From NCBI GenBank assembly GCA_033762295.1, contig JANRLW010000007.1, positions 1 through 37,128 on the forward strand: a stretch of 37,128 nucleotides of DNA, given 5' to 3'. Positions 1-8,361 of the stretch are shown here, in pieces (positions within the stretch are counted from its first letter, which is position 1; each line of letters starts with the position of its first letter). The notes beneath the pieces are model-generated. The model saw only the letters and a list, made by a program, of their open reading frames with translations. It made no database searches and was not told the DNA's origin. Source of the DNA: Capsulimonadales bacterium. Its GTDB lineage: Bacteria > Armatimonadota > Armatimonadia > Armatimonadales > Armatimonadaceae. A program made the position numbers and the translations under genes.

Positions 1-133
1 CACGCCGCACAGCGCCTCTGACGGTCCGAACCGGCAAATCTACGGTTGACCCCGGCTGAACTTTCGTCCATACCGTGCGTCCTTAGACCGAACAGACCGA
101 GAATAGAGGAAGACGCCTCTGTCGGAAGGACAC

Positions 134-2053
134 ATGATGCAGACCGAAATCCAAGCTCGAAGGACCTGGTACGGCGGAACCGCGCTTTTCCTGGCGCTGT
201 CGATCGGCATGACCGCCTACGCCATCGCCGGCCCGCCCAAAACCAAATCCGCCGGCAAAAAAGCGACCTCTGCCCGGCCCGCCGGTTCCGTCTCCCCCGT
301 GGCCGGCGACAATACGCCCCTCACTGAGGAGCAGAAGATCGTCCATGTTCTCAACCGTCTCGGCTTCGGTCCCCGCCCCGGCGATATCGCCCGGGTTCGA
401 CAAATGGGCCTTACCCGCTATATCGAAGCGCAGTTGAATCCGGAAACCATCGACGATTCCGCGATCGACGCCAAACTCGCCAACCTGGGGCTCCTCAAAC
501 AGACCAACGAGGAACTCGCCTCCGCCTTTTACAGCCGGTTGAAGGGCGCGGTCAAACTGGCCAAAGCCCGCGAAACCATGGAGAAGGCCGGAGCCACCCC
601 GGAAATGATGCAGGACCCCAACGTGCCGGCAGGGGAGAAGGCGACGCGAATGCGGCAGGCGATGGATGGAATGACTCCCGAAGAACGCGAACAGGTCCGC
701 GAGTACCGGACGATCCAGCAGAAGATTCGCCAGGGCGGCATCGAACTCGCGGTGGACAAGTCCGTCCGGGCCGCCGAATCCGAGCGTCAGCTTCAGGAAG
801 TTCTGGTCGATTTCTGGAGCAACCATTTCAACATCGACATCTCCAAAGGGGCCTGCCAGGTCTACAAAATCGCCGACGAACGGGACGTTGTCCGCAAAAA
901 CCTGTTCGGTAAGTTCCGAGACCTCCTCGGAGCGTCGGCCAAAAGCCCGGCGATGCTGTTCTACCTGGACAATGTTCAGTCCGTCGCCACCCCCACCATG
1001 ACACCCGCCCAGCAACGGCGTCAGGACGCTTTCCTCTCCCGAATGGAGCGGAGCGACGACCCGCGGGCGCAGCAACTCAGCCAGCAGGTCAAAAACCGAC
1101 GGCGGGGCGGACTCAACGAGAACTACGCCCGTGAGATCATGGAACTCCATACCCTGGGAGTCGATGGCGGCTACACGCAGAAGGATGTCCAGGAAGTGGC
1201 CCGCTGCCTGACCGGGTGGACGATCTCCCGCCTGACCGGAGGCTTCGATTTTGTTGCCGGACGCCATGACAACGGGGAAAAGATCGTTCTTGGCAAAACG
1301 ATCCCGGCCGGTGGAGGCATCCGCGACGGCGAGACCGTCCTCGACATGCTCGCCTCCCACCCGTCGACGATGCGGTATGTCTCGACCAAGCTCTGCCGAC
1401 GCTTTGTCGCCGACGAACCGCCGAAATCGCTGGTCGATAAGTGCGTCACCACCTGGAAGCGAACCGACGGCGATCTTCGAGCGATCTACCGGACCATTTT
1501 CACCTCGCCCGAGTTTTTCTCGCGCGCCGCCTACCGACAGAAGATCAAATCGCCGTTCGAGTATGCCGTCTCTTCCGTCCGGGCGCTGGGCGCGACGTTC
1601 GAGGTAGCCGACAGCGAGGACAATTTCGGCCGGAACGCCCGTCTCAACCCGGTCCGCGGCGGTGGGATGACCCGAACCGTTCAGGGACAGGTGGCCACGA
1701 TGGGGCAGCCGCTGTATCGCTGCCAGCCCCCGACCGGATGGACCGAAGACTCCCGCAAATGGGTCTCCTCCGGCGCCCTGATCGCCCGGCTGAACTATTC
1801 CCTGGCGCTGGTCAGCGGGAAACTCTCCGACCTGAAACTCGATCCGACCGCCCTGCCGTCCGGAACGACGCCTGCGGAGACGGTCCAGCGCCTTGCCGCC
1901 TCGCTCCTGCAGGGAGAGATGACGCCGTCCACCCGCGCCACCCTGCTCAAACAGGCGACCGCGACCCCGCAGGATGCCAATCTGGCCGAAACCGATACGA
2001 CCGTTCGACTGACCGCGCTGATTCTGGGCTCTCCCGAATTCCAGCGTCGCTGA
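134..2053 (+). CDS. DUF1800 family protein, Sec signal peptide
   Basis: Motifs HVLNRLGFGPRPG, FWSNHFN, PAMLFYLDN, NENYAREIMELHTLG, C-terminal SPEFQRR; hydrophobic N-terminus; directly upstream of DUF1501. Confidence 0.92.
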   Translation: MMQTEIQARRTWYGGTALFLALSIGMTAYAIAGPPKTKSAGKKATSARPAGSVSPVAGDNTPLTEEQKIVHVLNRLGFGPRPGDIARVRQMGLTRYIEAQLNPETIDDSAIDAKLANLGLLKQTNEELASAFYSRLKGAVKLAKARETMEKAGATPEMMQDPNVPAGEKATRMRQAMDGMTPEEREQVREYRTIQQKIRQGGIELAVDKSVRAAESERQLQEVLVDFWSNHFNIDISKGACQVYKIADERDVVRKNLFGKFRDLLGASAKSPAMLFYLDNVQSVATPTMTPAQQRRQDAFLSRMERSDDPRAQQLSQQVKNRRRGGLNENYAREIMELHTLGVDGGYTQKDVQEVARCLTGWTISRLTGGFDFVAGRHDNGEKIVLGKTIPAGGGIRDGETVLDMLASHPSTMRYVSTKLCRRFVADEPPKSLVDKCVTTWKRTDGDLRAIYRTIFTSPEFFSRAAYRQKIKSPFEYAVSSVRALGATFEVADSEDNFGRNARLNPVRGGGMTRTVQGQVATMGQPLYRCQPPTGWTEDSRKWVSSGALIARLNYSLALVSGKLSDLKLDPTALPSGTTPAETVQRLAASLLQGEMTPSTRATLLKQATATPQDANLAETDTTVRLTALILGSPEFQRR

Positions 2054-2076
2054 TGCCGCCGAAAAGGAAAACGCAA

Positions 2077-3402
2077 ATGAATATCACTCGACGCCTGTTT
2101 CTGAAAAACGGCGGGATCGCCCTTGCTTCCATCGGCCTCGCACCGGTGATGGGACCGGCCTTCCTCCGACGCGCCGTGTTCGGCGCGGAACCCACCGCAC
2201 AGAAGCGCAAGAAGACGCTGATCTGTATCTTCCAGCGGGGAGCCGCGGACGGCCTTTCCATGGTGGTCCCGCACGGCGATCCGAACCTGTACAAATTGCG
2301 CCAGAACATCGCGATTCCGCGCCCGGCGGCGGGGAACAACACCACAGCGCTCGATCTCGACGGCTTCTTCGGGCTTCATCCGGCGCTGGCGCCCTTCCTC
2401 CCGATCTATAAAGCGGGACACCTCGCTGTGATCCATGCGTGCGGTTCACCGCACGCGACCCGCTCGCACTTCGACGCCCAGGATTATATGGAATCTGCCG
2501 CACCGGGGAACAAATCGGTGCCGGATGGCTGGCTGGCTCGCGCAATTCAGGCCTGTCCCGAAGATCGCGCCCGGTTGGCTACCCCGCTCCGCGCGGTCGC
2601 CATCGGCGGAGCGATGCCGCGCAGCCTCCAGGGCGACGCGGGGGCGATCGCCATTCCCGACCTGCGAACGTTCGGCGTCGGGGCGAATCTCGCCGGAAAT
2701 ACCCGGCTCGCCCGTAACCGGGCGGCCATGCCCGCCGACAACAATGTCGCGTCCGGTTTTGAAACCCTCTATGATGATGCCGTCGGCGACGTCCTGCACG
2801 GCACCGGCAAGGAGAGTTTCGAAGCCATTCACCTCCTGAAAAAGATCAAGCCGGGAAGCTATGTGCCCGAACGCGGCGCCACCTACCCGGCCGGGCGGTT
2901 CGGCGACTCCCTGAAGCAGATCGCCCAGCTGATCAAGGGGGATGTCGGAGTGGAAGTCGCCTTCGCCGAAATCGGCGGATGGGACACCCATGCCAACCAG
3001 GGAGCCGTTCAGGGGCAACTGGCGGGACGGCTGCGCGAGTTCGCGTCGGGAATCACCGCCCTCTACGCCGATCTCGGCGACCGTATGGCGGATGTCGCCA
3101 TCCTGACCATGAGCGAGTTCGGCCGCACCGCGCGCCAGAACGGCACCGGGGGCACCGACCACGGACACGCGACCTGCTTCTTCGCCCTGGGCGGCGACGT
3201 CAATGGCGGGAAGGTGCTCGGTACGTGGCCTGGACTCGCCCCGGAACAGCTCAACGAAAACCGTGACCTCGCTCTTACCACCGACTTCCGCGTCGTTTTC
3301 GCCGAAATGGCGCAGCGACAACTCGGCGCGGCGCGGTTGGAGAAGGTTTTCCCCGGATTCCAGGTTGCACCGGCCGACTACCGCCGAATCCTCCGAGGCT
3401 GA
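2077..3402 (+). CDS. DUF1501 family protein with Tat signal
   Basis: Start re-called at ATG 2077 (AAGGA SD; MNITRRLFLK twin-arginine). Motifs FQRGAADGLS, RSHFDAQ, GGWDTH, SEFGRT, GTDHG. Confidence 0.92.
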   Translation: MNITRRLFLKNGGIALASIGLAPVMGPAFLRRAVFGAEPTAQKRKKTLICIFQRGAADGLSMVVPHGDPNLYKLRQNIAIPRPAAGNNTTALDLDGFFGLHPALAPFLPIYKAGHLAVIHACGSPHATRSHFDAQDYMESAAPGNKSVPDGWLARAIQACPEDRARLATPLRAVAIGGAMPRSLQGDAGAIAIPDLRTFGVGANLAGNTRLARNRAAMPADNNVASGFETLYDDAVGDVLHGTGKESFEAIHLLKKIKPGSYVPERGATYPAGRFGDSLKQIAQLIKGDVGVEVAFAEIGGWDTHANQGAVQGQLAGRLREFASGITALYADLGDRMADVAILTMSEFGRTARQNGTGGTDHGHATCFFALGGDVNGGKVLGTWPGLAPEQLNENRDLALTTDFRVVFAEMAQRQLGAARLEKVFPGFQVAPADYRRILRG

Positions 3403-3405
3403 CGG

Positions 3406-3440
3406 AAAGGGCAGGGAAAGTCCTCTTTCCCTGCCCTTTT
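3406..3440. terminator. Probable bidirectional intrinsic terminator
   Basis: Perfect 15-bp inverted repeat AAAGGGCAGGGAAAG-tcct-CTTTCCCTGCCCTTT between convergent genes. Confidence 0.85.
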
Positions 3441-3459
3441 CACTGCCCTTCGCGCCCGA

Positions 3460-4512
3460 TCATAACCAGAGCTTGATCATGGCGGCCTGCCCACCTTCAA
3501 CGAGGTGCGGAGGTTCCCCGGTCCGAACCACCAGCGAATCGCCCTGCGCACCCAGGTCCCAGAGAACGCCGCTCAAAAACACATTGATCCCCGCCTTCGC
3601 TCCGGACGCGGCGATCCGCCCCGCCAGAGCGTATCGTTGCCAGGCTTCCGCTTCGGTCAGGCGGTTCACGTCGCCGGGAAGAACATCGGTCGGCATCGGC
3701 GCGCCATCGTAACCGGGCCAGGGTTTTCGCCAGGTATCGATCCCGGTCGCATGCGATGGGACGACGATCCATTCCACCCCCTGCGCTTTCAACGCCGCGT
3801 ACGGTTCGGGGTACCACGCGTCGGCACAGATCAGGACGCCCAGACGACCCGCCGGCGTCTCCAGCACCGGCCACTCGCGCCGCTCCGGGGCGCGCAGGAA
3901 CGCCTGTTCCGCGCCGGTCGGGAAGACTTTCAGAATCGGAGGCGAGTACGGTTGACCGTCCGGCCGAAAGACGACCGCAACGTTTCGGAGCGGACCCGTT
4001 CCCGCCACGACGCCTTCCGGTGTGATCGCCGGATCGGGAAGAACCGTCGTCCCCCCGACCACCGTCACCTCGAAATCAGCGGCGAGACCGGAAAAAGCCT
4101 CCTGATAGAGTCGGGCCATCCGGGGAGCCTTGATCCGGAACAGAGTGGCCGCCACACGGTCGGCCTCGGTCGCCACGAGAGCGCCGCGAACCAGAGCCGG
4201 GAGATGCCGGAAGGCAAACCGACGAAGCGCCCCGGAAAGCGTCGCCTCCCTCGCGATCCGGTCATCCTCACCGGACAGAATCAGCCAGGTGCCGATATGC
4301 TCGGGGAAGACGACCGTTGTGCGCGGCCCGAGCCATCCGCAGGAACGCGCCGCCAGGAGATAGGCACGAAGTTTATCCTTGAATCGGTCGCCCGAAACAT
4401 AGTCGGCGGGCGTCATCCGAGCCTGAACGCCCACCAGATTCCCCCGGTGGACGTTCTCCCCGAATTCAAAGAGACGAACCGTGTGGCTGCGCTCCGACGG
4501 CGCGGAAATCAA
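3460..4512 (-). CDS. Carbon-nitrogen hydrolase (nitrilase superfamily) protein
   Basis: Glu-Lys-Cys triad motifs VVFPEH, LKVFP, GVLICADAWYPE; TTG start overlaps upstream stop (TTGA), start uncertain. Confidence 0.85.
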   Translation of the reverse strand: MISAPSERSHTVRLFEFGENVHRGNLVGVQARMTPADYVSGDRFKDKLRAYLLAARSCGWLGPRTTVVFPEHIGTWLILSGEDDRIAREATLSGALRRFAFRHLPALVRGALVATEADRVAATLFRIKAPRMARLYQEAFSGLAADFEVTVVGGTTVLPDPAITPEGVVAGTGPLRNVAVVFRPDGQPYSPPILKVFPTGAEQAFLRAPERREWPVLETPAGRLGVLICADAWYPEPYAALKAQGVEWIVVPSHATGIDTWRKPWPGYDGAPMPTDVLPGDVNRLTEAEAWQRYALAGRIAASGAKAGINVFLSGVLWDLGAQGDSLVVRTGEPPHLVEGGQAAMIKLWL

Positions 4513-5042
4513 CTCCGGTTTCCGCTTGCGGCGGGATTCGGCGCGTTGGGCAGTTTTTTCTGGACGGCGGGATTCCGCAGCAGCCAGAGACAGAACAACA
4601 GCACGGCCACCACGATTCCGATGATCGTGTAGGGAAGGATACCCAGTCGGTCCGGTTTGTAGTCCGGGGCGTCAAAATGGAGGTAAGCATCCTCAAGTCG
4701 TTCCATCGCGCTCCGCTGCGCCTGCCCCGACTTGTCCTCGGCGTTCGCCTCCACAATCCACCGGGTTCCGAGCATTCGCGGAATGTTCTCCCGGCCGCCG
4801 CGCAACTGCTCGTCCATTCGGGTCGCGGCTTCCTCCTCAATCCAGATCACCCGGATTCCGACGTTCTGCACTCCGAAACGCACCGTTCCCTCGATGTACT
4901 GGCCGGGAACGACCGCCACCAGTTGGCCGACCCGATTCAACGTCAGTTTCATCTTCCGAAGCGCCTCTTCCACAGGGTCCGAAACCCAGAATTCATGGGT
5001 CGGAGAGGAAGGCGCGGTGGTCGAATTGACAGTCTGGCTCAT
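4509..5042 (-). CDS. Hypothetical protein with one C-terminal TM helix
   Basis: AAGGAGG SD before ATG 5042 (MSQTVNS); hydrophobic YTIIGIVVAVLLFCLWLL. Confidence 0.75.
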   Translation of the reverse strand: MSQTVNSTTAPSSPTHEFWVSDPVEEALRKMKLTLNRVGQLVAVVPGQYIEGTVRFGVQNVGIRVIWIEEEAATRMDEQLRGGRENIPRMLGTRWIVEANAEDKSGQAQRSAMERLEDAYLHFDAPDYKPDRLGILPYTIIGIVVAVLLFCLWLLRNPAVQKKLPNAPNPAASGNRS

Positions 5043-5276
5043 TACTGCCTCCTTATTCGAGACATAACAACAGACAGGAGAGAATCGCAAAAGTTACAGC
5101 ACATAGTCAGAATACCCCGAATTTTCCCGGTATTCCTTCTTGAACCGGCTTACGCGCATGTTCGATTTCCCTCTGCCCTGGTCCGATTTTCGGGTATACT
5201 GCCGACGGAAAGACATGCCGTTATGCCACTTTTCGATCGGTTCCGGTACTGCGTTTCTTTAGAGCCAATAGTCTCG

Positions 5277-5516
5277 ATGGCTCGATTTTCCATCGTCGGC
5301 CCACCGCTGCGCCTTTCGTTTCCGAACGGTCAATACCGTGGAACGCTCCGTTTTCCCCCCGAACCGGGGAAAGACCCGCCCCCGCCCGATGGGTCCGGCC
5401 CGTCGTCCGACGGACTGTCGCCGGTTCACCTCCTCGCCGGAAGCATGGGTTGCCTGACCTTCGTCATGTTGATTCTGGTGGTGATCCTTTGGCACTCCCC
5501 GATCGCGGCGCAGTAA
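5277..5516 (+). CDS. Small Pro-rich protein with C-terminal TM helix (79 aa)
   Basis: Fills the intergenic gap; PPEPGKDPPPPDG linker then LTFVMLILVVILW; start uncertain. Confidence 0.5.
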   Translation: MARFSIVGPPLRLSFPNGQYRGTLRFPPEPGKDPPPPDGSGPSSDGLSPVHLLAGSMGCLTFVMLILVVILWHSPIAAQ

Positions 5517-5561
5517 AACCGCGCCGCGATCGCGGCCTCTCACGGACGATCGCTACCGTCG

Positions 5562-6356
5562 CTACTGTCGCGCCATCCAGCGATCGCCGAAGGTAACGAT
5601 CCCCTTTTCCGGCGACTGTTCGGCCAATGGCAGATCGCGAACGAACGCCTCCCGCTTGATCGCCTTCACATGACCGTCCGCAAACGAGAAGTTGGCGAAC
5701 GACTGATGCCGGAAATCGATCGACGGAAAACCGAACCAGGAGGAGGGCGGACCGATCAGGATCGTTTCATTGATACCCGGGTTCGGGAAATCTTTCTGGC
5801 CGGCGTCGCCCAGAAGGATGGTCTCGGCGGGCCGATTTAACTGAGCATCCTGAGCGGGATTCAGCAGCAGGTACGGCGGTTCGTTCTGCCAGGCATCACC
5901 GGCGATATTCTGGTTATATCCGTAACCGGTGCCGCCGAGATTGGTACCACCCGTGTACGAGGGACACTTCTGGATCTCACCGTTTTTCAGATACGGAAAG
6001 ATCAGCCCGCGCGACTTATCGAACGGACGTCCGGCGGCTTCGCGTCCTCCGGCCCAGTACGTCAGATAATCGTAGGTATACAGGGGAAACGTCCCGTCGT
6101 AGTCCTGAACGTACATCAGGAACCCGAGGGTGATCTGCTTCTCGTTGGACAGACAGGAGATCTGGCGGGCTTTCTCCCGTGCCTGAGCAAACACCGGGAA
6201 AAGGATTGCGGCCAGAATGGCGATGATGGCGATGACAACGAGCAGTTCGATCAACGTAAACGCGGAAATTTCACGCGGGGCGAACCGGAGTTCGGAACGG
6301 GAAGCCGTTCGTGGAGACGCAACAACAACGGACACGGTTTTTTCCTCTCTGCCCAT
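5562..6356 (-). CDS. DUF1559 (SBP_bac_10) prepilin-type N-methylation protein with H-X9-DG C-terminus
   Basis: [61 protein letters not shown]. Confidence 0.95.
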   Translation of the reverse strand: MGREEKTVSVVVASPRTASRSELRFAPREISAFTLIELLVVIAIIAILAAILFPVFAQAREKARQISCLSNEKQITLGFLMYVQDYDGTFPLYTYDYLTYWAGGREAAGRPFDKSRGLIFPYLKNGEIQKCPSYTGGTNLGGTGYGYNQNIAGDAWQNEPPYLLLNPAQDAQLNRPAETILLGDAGQKDFPNPGINETILIGPPSSWFGFPSIDFRHQSFANFSFADGHVKAIKREAFVRDLPLAEQSPEKGIVTFGDRWMARQ

Positions 6357-6445
6357 ACGGCGCGGGCACGGAAGCAGGTCGGAAACCGCAGTGCATCAGG
6401 GGAAATAACGACAAACGCCACCGGCCATCAGGCACGGCGGCGCAC

Positions 6446-6481
6446 GAAACCGACCGGAAAACGAAATACGTTTCCGGCGGG
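6446..6481 (-). terminator. Putative terminator in riboswitch expression platform
   Basis: Minus strand CCGCCGGAAACG-tattt-CGTTTTCCGGTCGG followed by TTTCGT (short U tract), between aptamer and ATG. Confidence 0.5.
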
Positions 6482-6489
6482 ATCGTCGC

Positions 6490-6606
6490 CCCTTAACGCG
6501 AGAGGTTTCACGACATTTCTGCGGCTGGCATTCGGGCTTGGAGCCTTCTCCTTACCGTTGCGCGACAGCACCGGATTTTCACCGGGTTTCCCCAGACACG
6601 CAGAAC
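6490..6606 (-). promoter_or_regulatory. Cobalamin riboswitch (compact, class II / AdoCbl-variant-like)
   Basis: Minus strand TTCTGCG..GGGGAAACCCGGTGAAAATCCGGTGCTGTCGCGCAACGGTAAGGAGAAGGCTCCAAGCCCGAATGCCAGC-CGCAGAA; closing stem 6599-6605/6517-6523; downstream CCTCT-CGCGTTA-AGGGG hairpin able to kiss L5 (CGCG). Confidence 0.9.
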
Positions 6607-6656
6607 TGCAATATGGAAGCTGAAAAAGTACCGCCTGCTTTCGCCGACGGTAGGAC

Positions 6657-6686
6657 AGTGTAGCACGGATTCGGTCGTTCCGTCAA
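6657..6686 (-). promoter_or_regulatory. Sigma70-type promoter for riboswitch-DUF1559 unit
   Basis: TTGACG (6686-6681), 18 nt spacer containing extended TG, TACACT (6662-6657). Confidence 0.75.
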
Positions 6687-6692
6687 TTCCGG

Positions 6693-7022
6693 TCAGAACT
6701 TTTCGAAGCGGGAGACTTCCATCACGAAAGCGATCGCCCCGCCGACCTCGACTTCCACCGGGGACGGAATAAACGTACCGACCGGGCCGGCATCCGGCGG
6801 CAGGACATTCACGAACTGCTTCCGGGTCTTACTCGCCTCGCCGATAATCCCGAGGCATCGCTCCACGTCCCGGTCGTCCACCCCGATCAGGAGCGTAACG
6901 TTGCCCTCCCGGAGGAACCCGCCGGTCGACCCGATCTTCGTGAATTTGAACCCGCCCCGGAGCAGGCTTTCCGTAATTTTGCCCCTGTCCCGGTCGTGTA
7001 CCACCGCCACTACCAGTTTCAT
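6693..7022 (-). CDS. darA: c-di-AMP receptor, PII-like (DUF970, DarA/PstA)
   Basis: MKLVVAVVHDRD, STGGFLREGNVTLLIGV, VEVGGA motifs; 109 aa; GGAGAAGG SD. Confidence 0.92.
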   Translation of the reverse strand: MKLVVAVVHDRDRGKITESLLRGGFKFTKIGSTGGFLREGNVTLLIGVDDRDVERCLGIIGEASKTRKQFVNVLPPDAGPVGTFIPSPVEVEVGGAIAFVMEVSRFEKF

Positions 7023-8361
7023 TCGTACCCTTCTCCTTCGGACGGAAGTTCGGCCTTGAATTCCGGTCCTCTTTCGGACGCTGATTCAACGGCGGGCGTC
7101 GTCCTTCCTTCCCGGCAAAACCGGCAGGATCGGACGATCGCGGAGCCGATGGCGAACCGCCTCCGTTCGGCCCCGGTCTTCGCGGAGGCCGCGATCCGAA
7201 CCGCTCTTGATCCGACGGCGGTCGCCCCATCCCGCCCCGCTCCGGACGCCGGTCTGCGGGACCCCGCGACCGGTCACCATCGTACCGGGGCCGCTCATCG
7301 CCGTACCGAGGCCGTTCCTCGCCGTACCGAGGCCGCTCTCCGCCGTATCGGGGCCGTTCCTCGCCCGGACGGTTCCGACCCTGAAAACGGCGGTCCGCCT
7401 CGATTCCGCGCGGTCCCCGATCGTTTCGGAATTCCGGAGGTCGATTCCGATCCGCGTTCCGGTTGTCGCGAGGATCGGGGCGGGATGGCCGTCCCTCATA
7501 CGGACGAGAGCGTTCCGAACGATCCTCCGGTGCACGATCCTCCGGTGCGCCACGGCGTGGCAACGGAATTCGCGCCGTAGACTTTTTCGGGCGCACCGCT
7601 TTGACGATCCGTCGCGTCTCCCGTGGCTCCTCTTCCGCCTCTCCGGACAGAATCTGCGCCACCTCGCGTTGTGTTAACTCACGCCACTGACCCGGCTGCA
7701 GATCGCCCAGCCAGACCGGACCGACCCGAATGCGTACCAGACGAACCACCGGATGGCCGACCGTCTCCATCATCCGGCGTACCTGGCGGTTGCGTCCCTC
7801 ATGCAGAGTCAGTTCGACCACCGAGGTTTTATCGGGACCGCGGCCCAGCCAGCGCGCGCCCGCCGGAGAGGTGCTGCGTTTCTCCCCGGGCAGCATCAGG
7901 CCGCGCGACAACCGGTCGATCGTCTCCCGCTCCGGGTTCCCCCGGACGATCGCATGGTAGGTTTTCCCCATCGTCTGCGACGGGTGCGTCACCCGATAGA
8001 CAAAATCCCCGTCATTGGAAAGCAATATCAATCCCTCGGAATCGGCATCCAGACGTCCCGCCGGTACCAGGCGAACATCGGGAATTCGAACGAGGTCGGT
8101 AACTTTTTTGTGGGCAAACTTATCGGCGACGGTCGAGACATAACCGACCGGCTTATGGAGGGCAATGTAATGCCGTTCGACCTCCTTGCGAATCGGCTGT
8201 CCATCCACCTCGATGGATTGCCGTTCGGCATCAACCAGCGCTCCCGGTTGTGTAACGGTTTCGCCGTCGACTCGAACCCGACCCGCCGCGATCATCTCCT
8301 CCGCCCGACGGCGCGACGCGATTCCGGCGGCGGCCAGCGCCTTTTGTAAACGTTCTTGCAT
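6829..8361 (-). CDS. rluB: RsuA/RluB-family rRNA pseudouridine synthase with long Arg/Gly/Pro-rich tail
   Basis: S4 domain (ERLQKALAAAGIASRRRAEEMI), HKPVG, GRLDADSEGL, EGRNRQVRRM; start re-called at ATG 8361. Confidence 0.9.
   Translation of the reverse strand: MQERLQKALAAAGIASRRRAEEMIAAGRVRVDGETVTQPGALVDAERQSIEVDGQPIRKEVERHYIALHKPVGYVSTVADKFAHKKVTDLVRIPDVRLVPAGRLDADSEGLILLSNDGDFVYRVTHPSQTMGKTYHAIVRGNPERETIDRLSRGLMLPGEKRSTSPAGARWLGRGPDKTSVVELTLHEGRNRQVRRMMETVGHPVVRLVRIRVGPVWLGDLQPGQWRELTQREVAQILSGEAEEEPRETRRIVKAVRPKKSTARIPLPRRGAPEDRAPEDRSERSRPYEGRPSRPDPRDNRNADRNRPPEFRNDRGPRGIEADRRFQGRNRPGEERPRYGGERPRYGEERPRYGDERPRYDGDRSRGPADRRPERGGMGRPPSDQERFGSRPPRRPGPNGGGSPSAPRSSDPAGFAGKEGRRPPLNQRPKEDRNSRPNFRPKEKGTNETGSGGGTRPGQGQNYGKPAPGRVQIHEDRVDRRVPPGGQRYAPDRGGRPGRGAMPRDYRRGE
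7281..7364. repeat. 4 x 21-nt tandem repeat encoding xERPRYG-type heptads in RluB tail
   Basis: Units cgtaccggggccgctcatcgc / cgtaccgaggccgttcctcgc / cgtaccgaggccgctctccgc / cgtatcggggccgttcctcgc; also a 2 x 15-nt APEDR repeat at 7520-7549. Confidence 0.9.

Noticed and set aside
1441..2076. N-terminal extension of the DUF1501 ORF (653 aa)
   Set aside because: Out-of-frame overlap with DUF1800; the SD and Tat motif place the start at 2077
7281..7364. Tandem repeats as a possible CRISPR array
   Set aside because: Contiguous 21-nt in-frame coding repeats with no spacers and no cas genes
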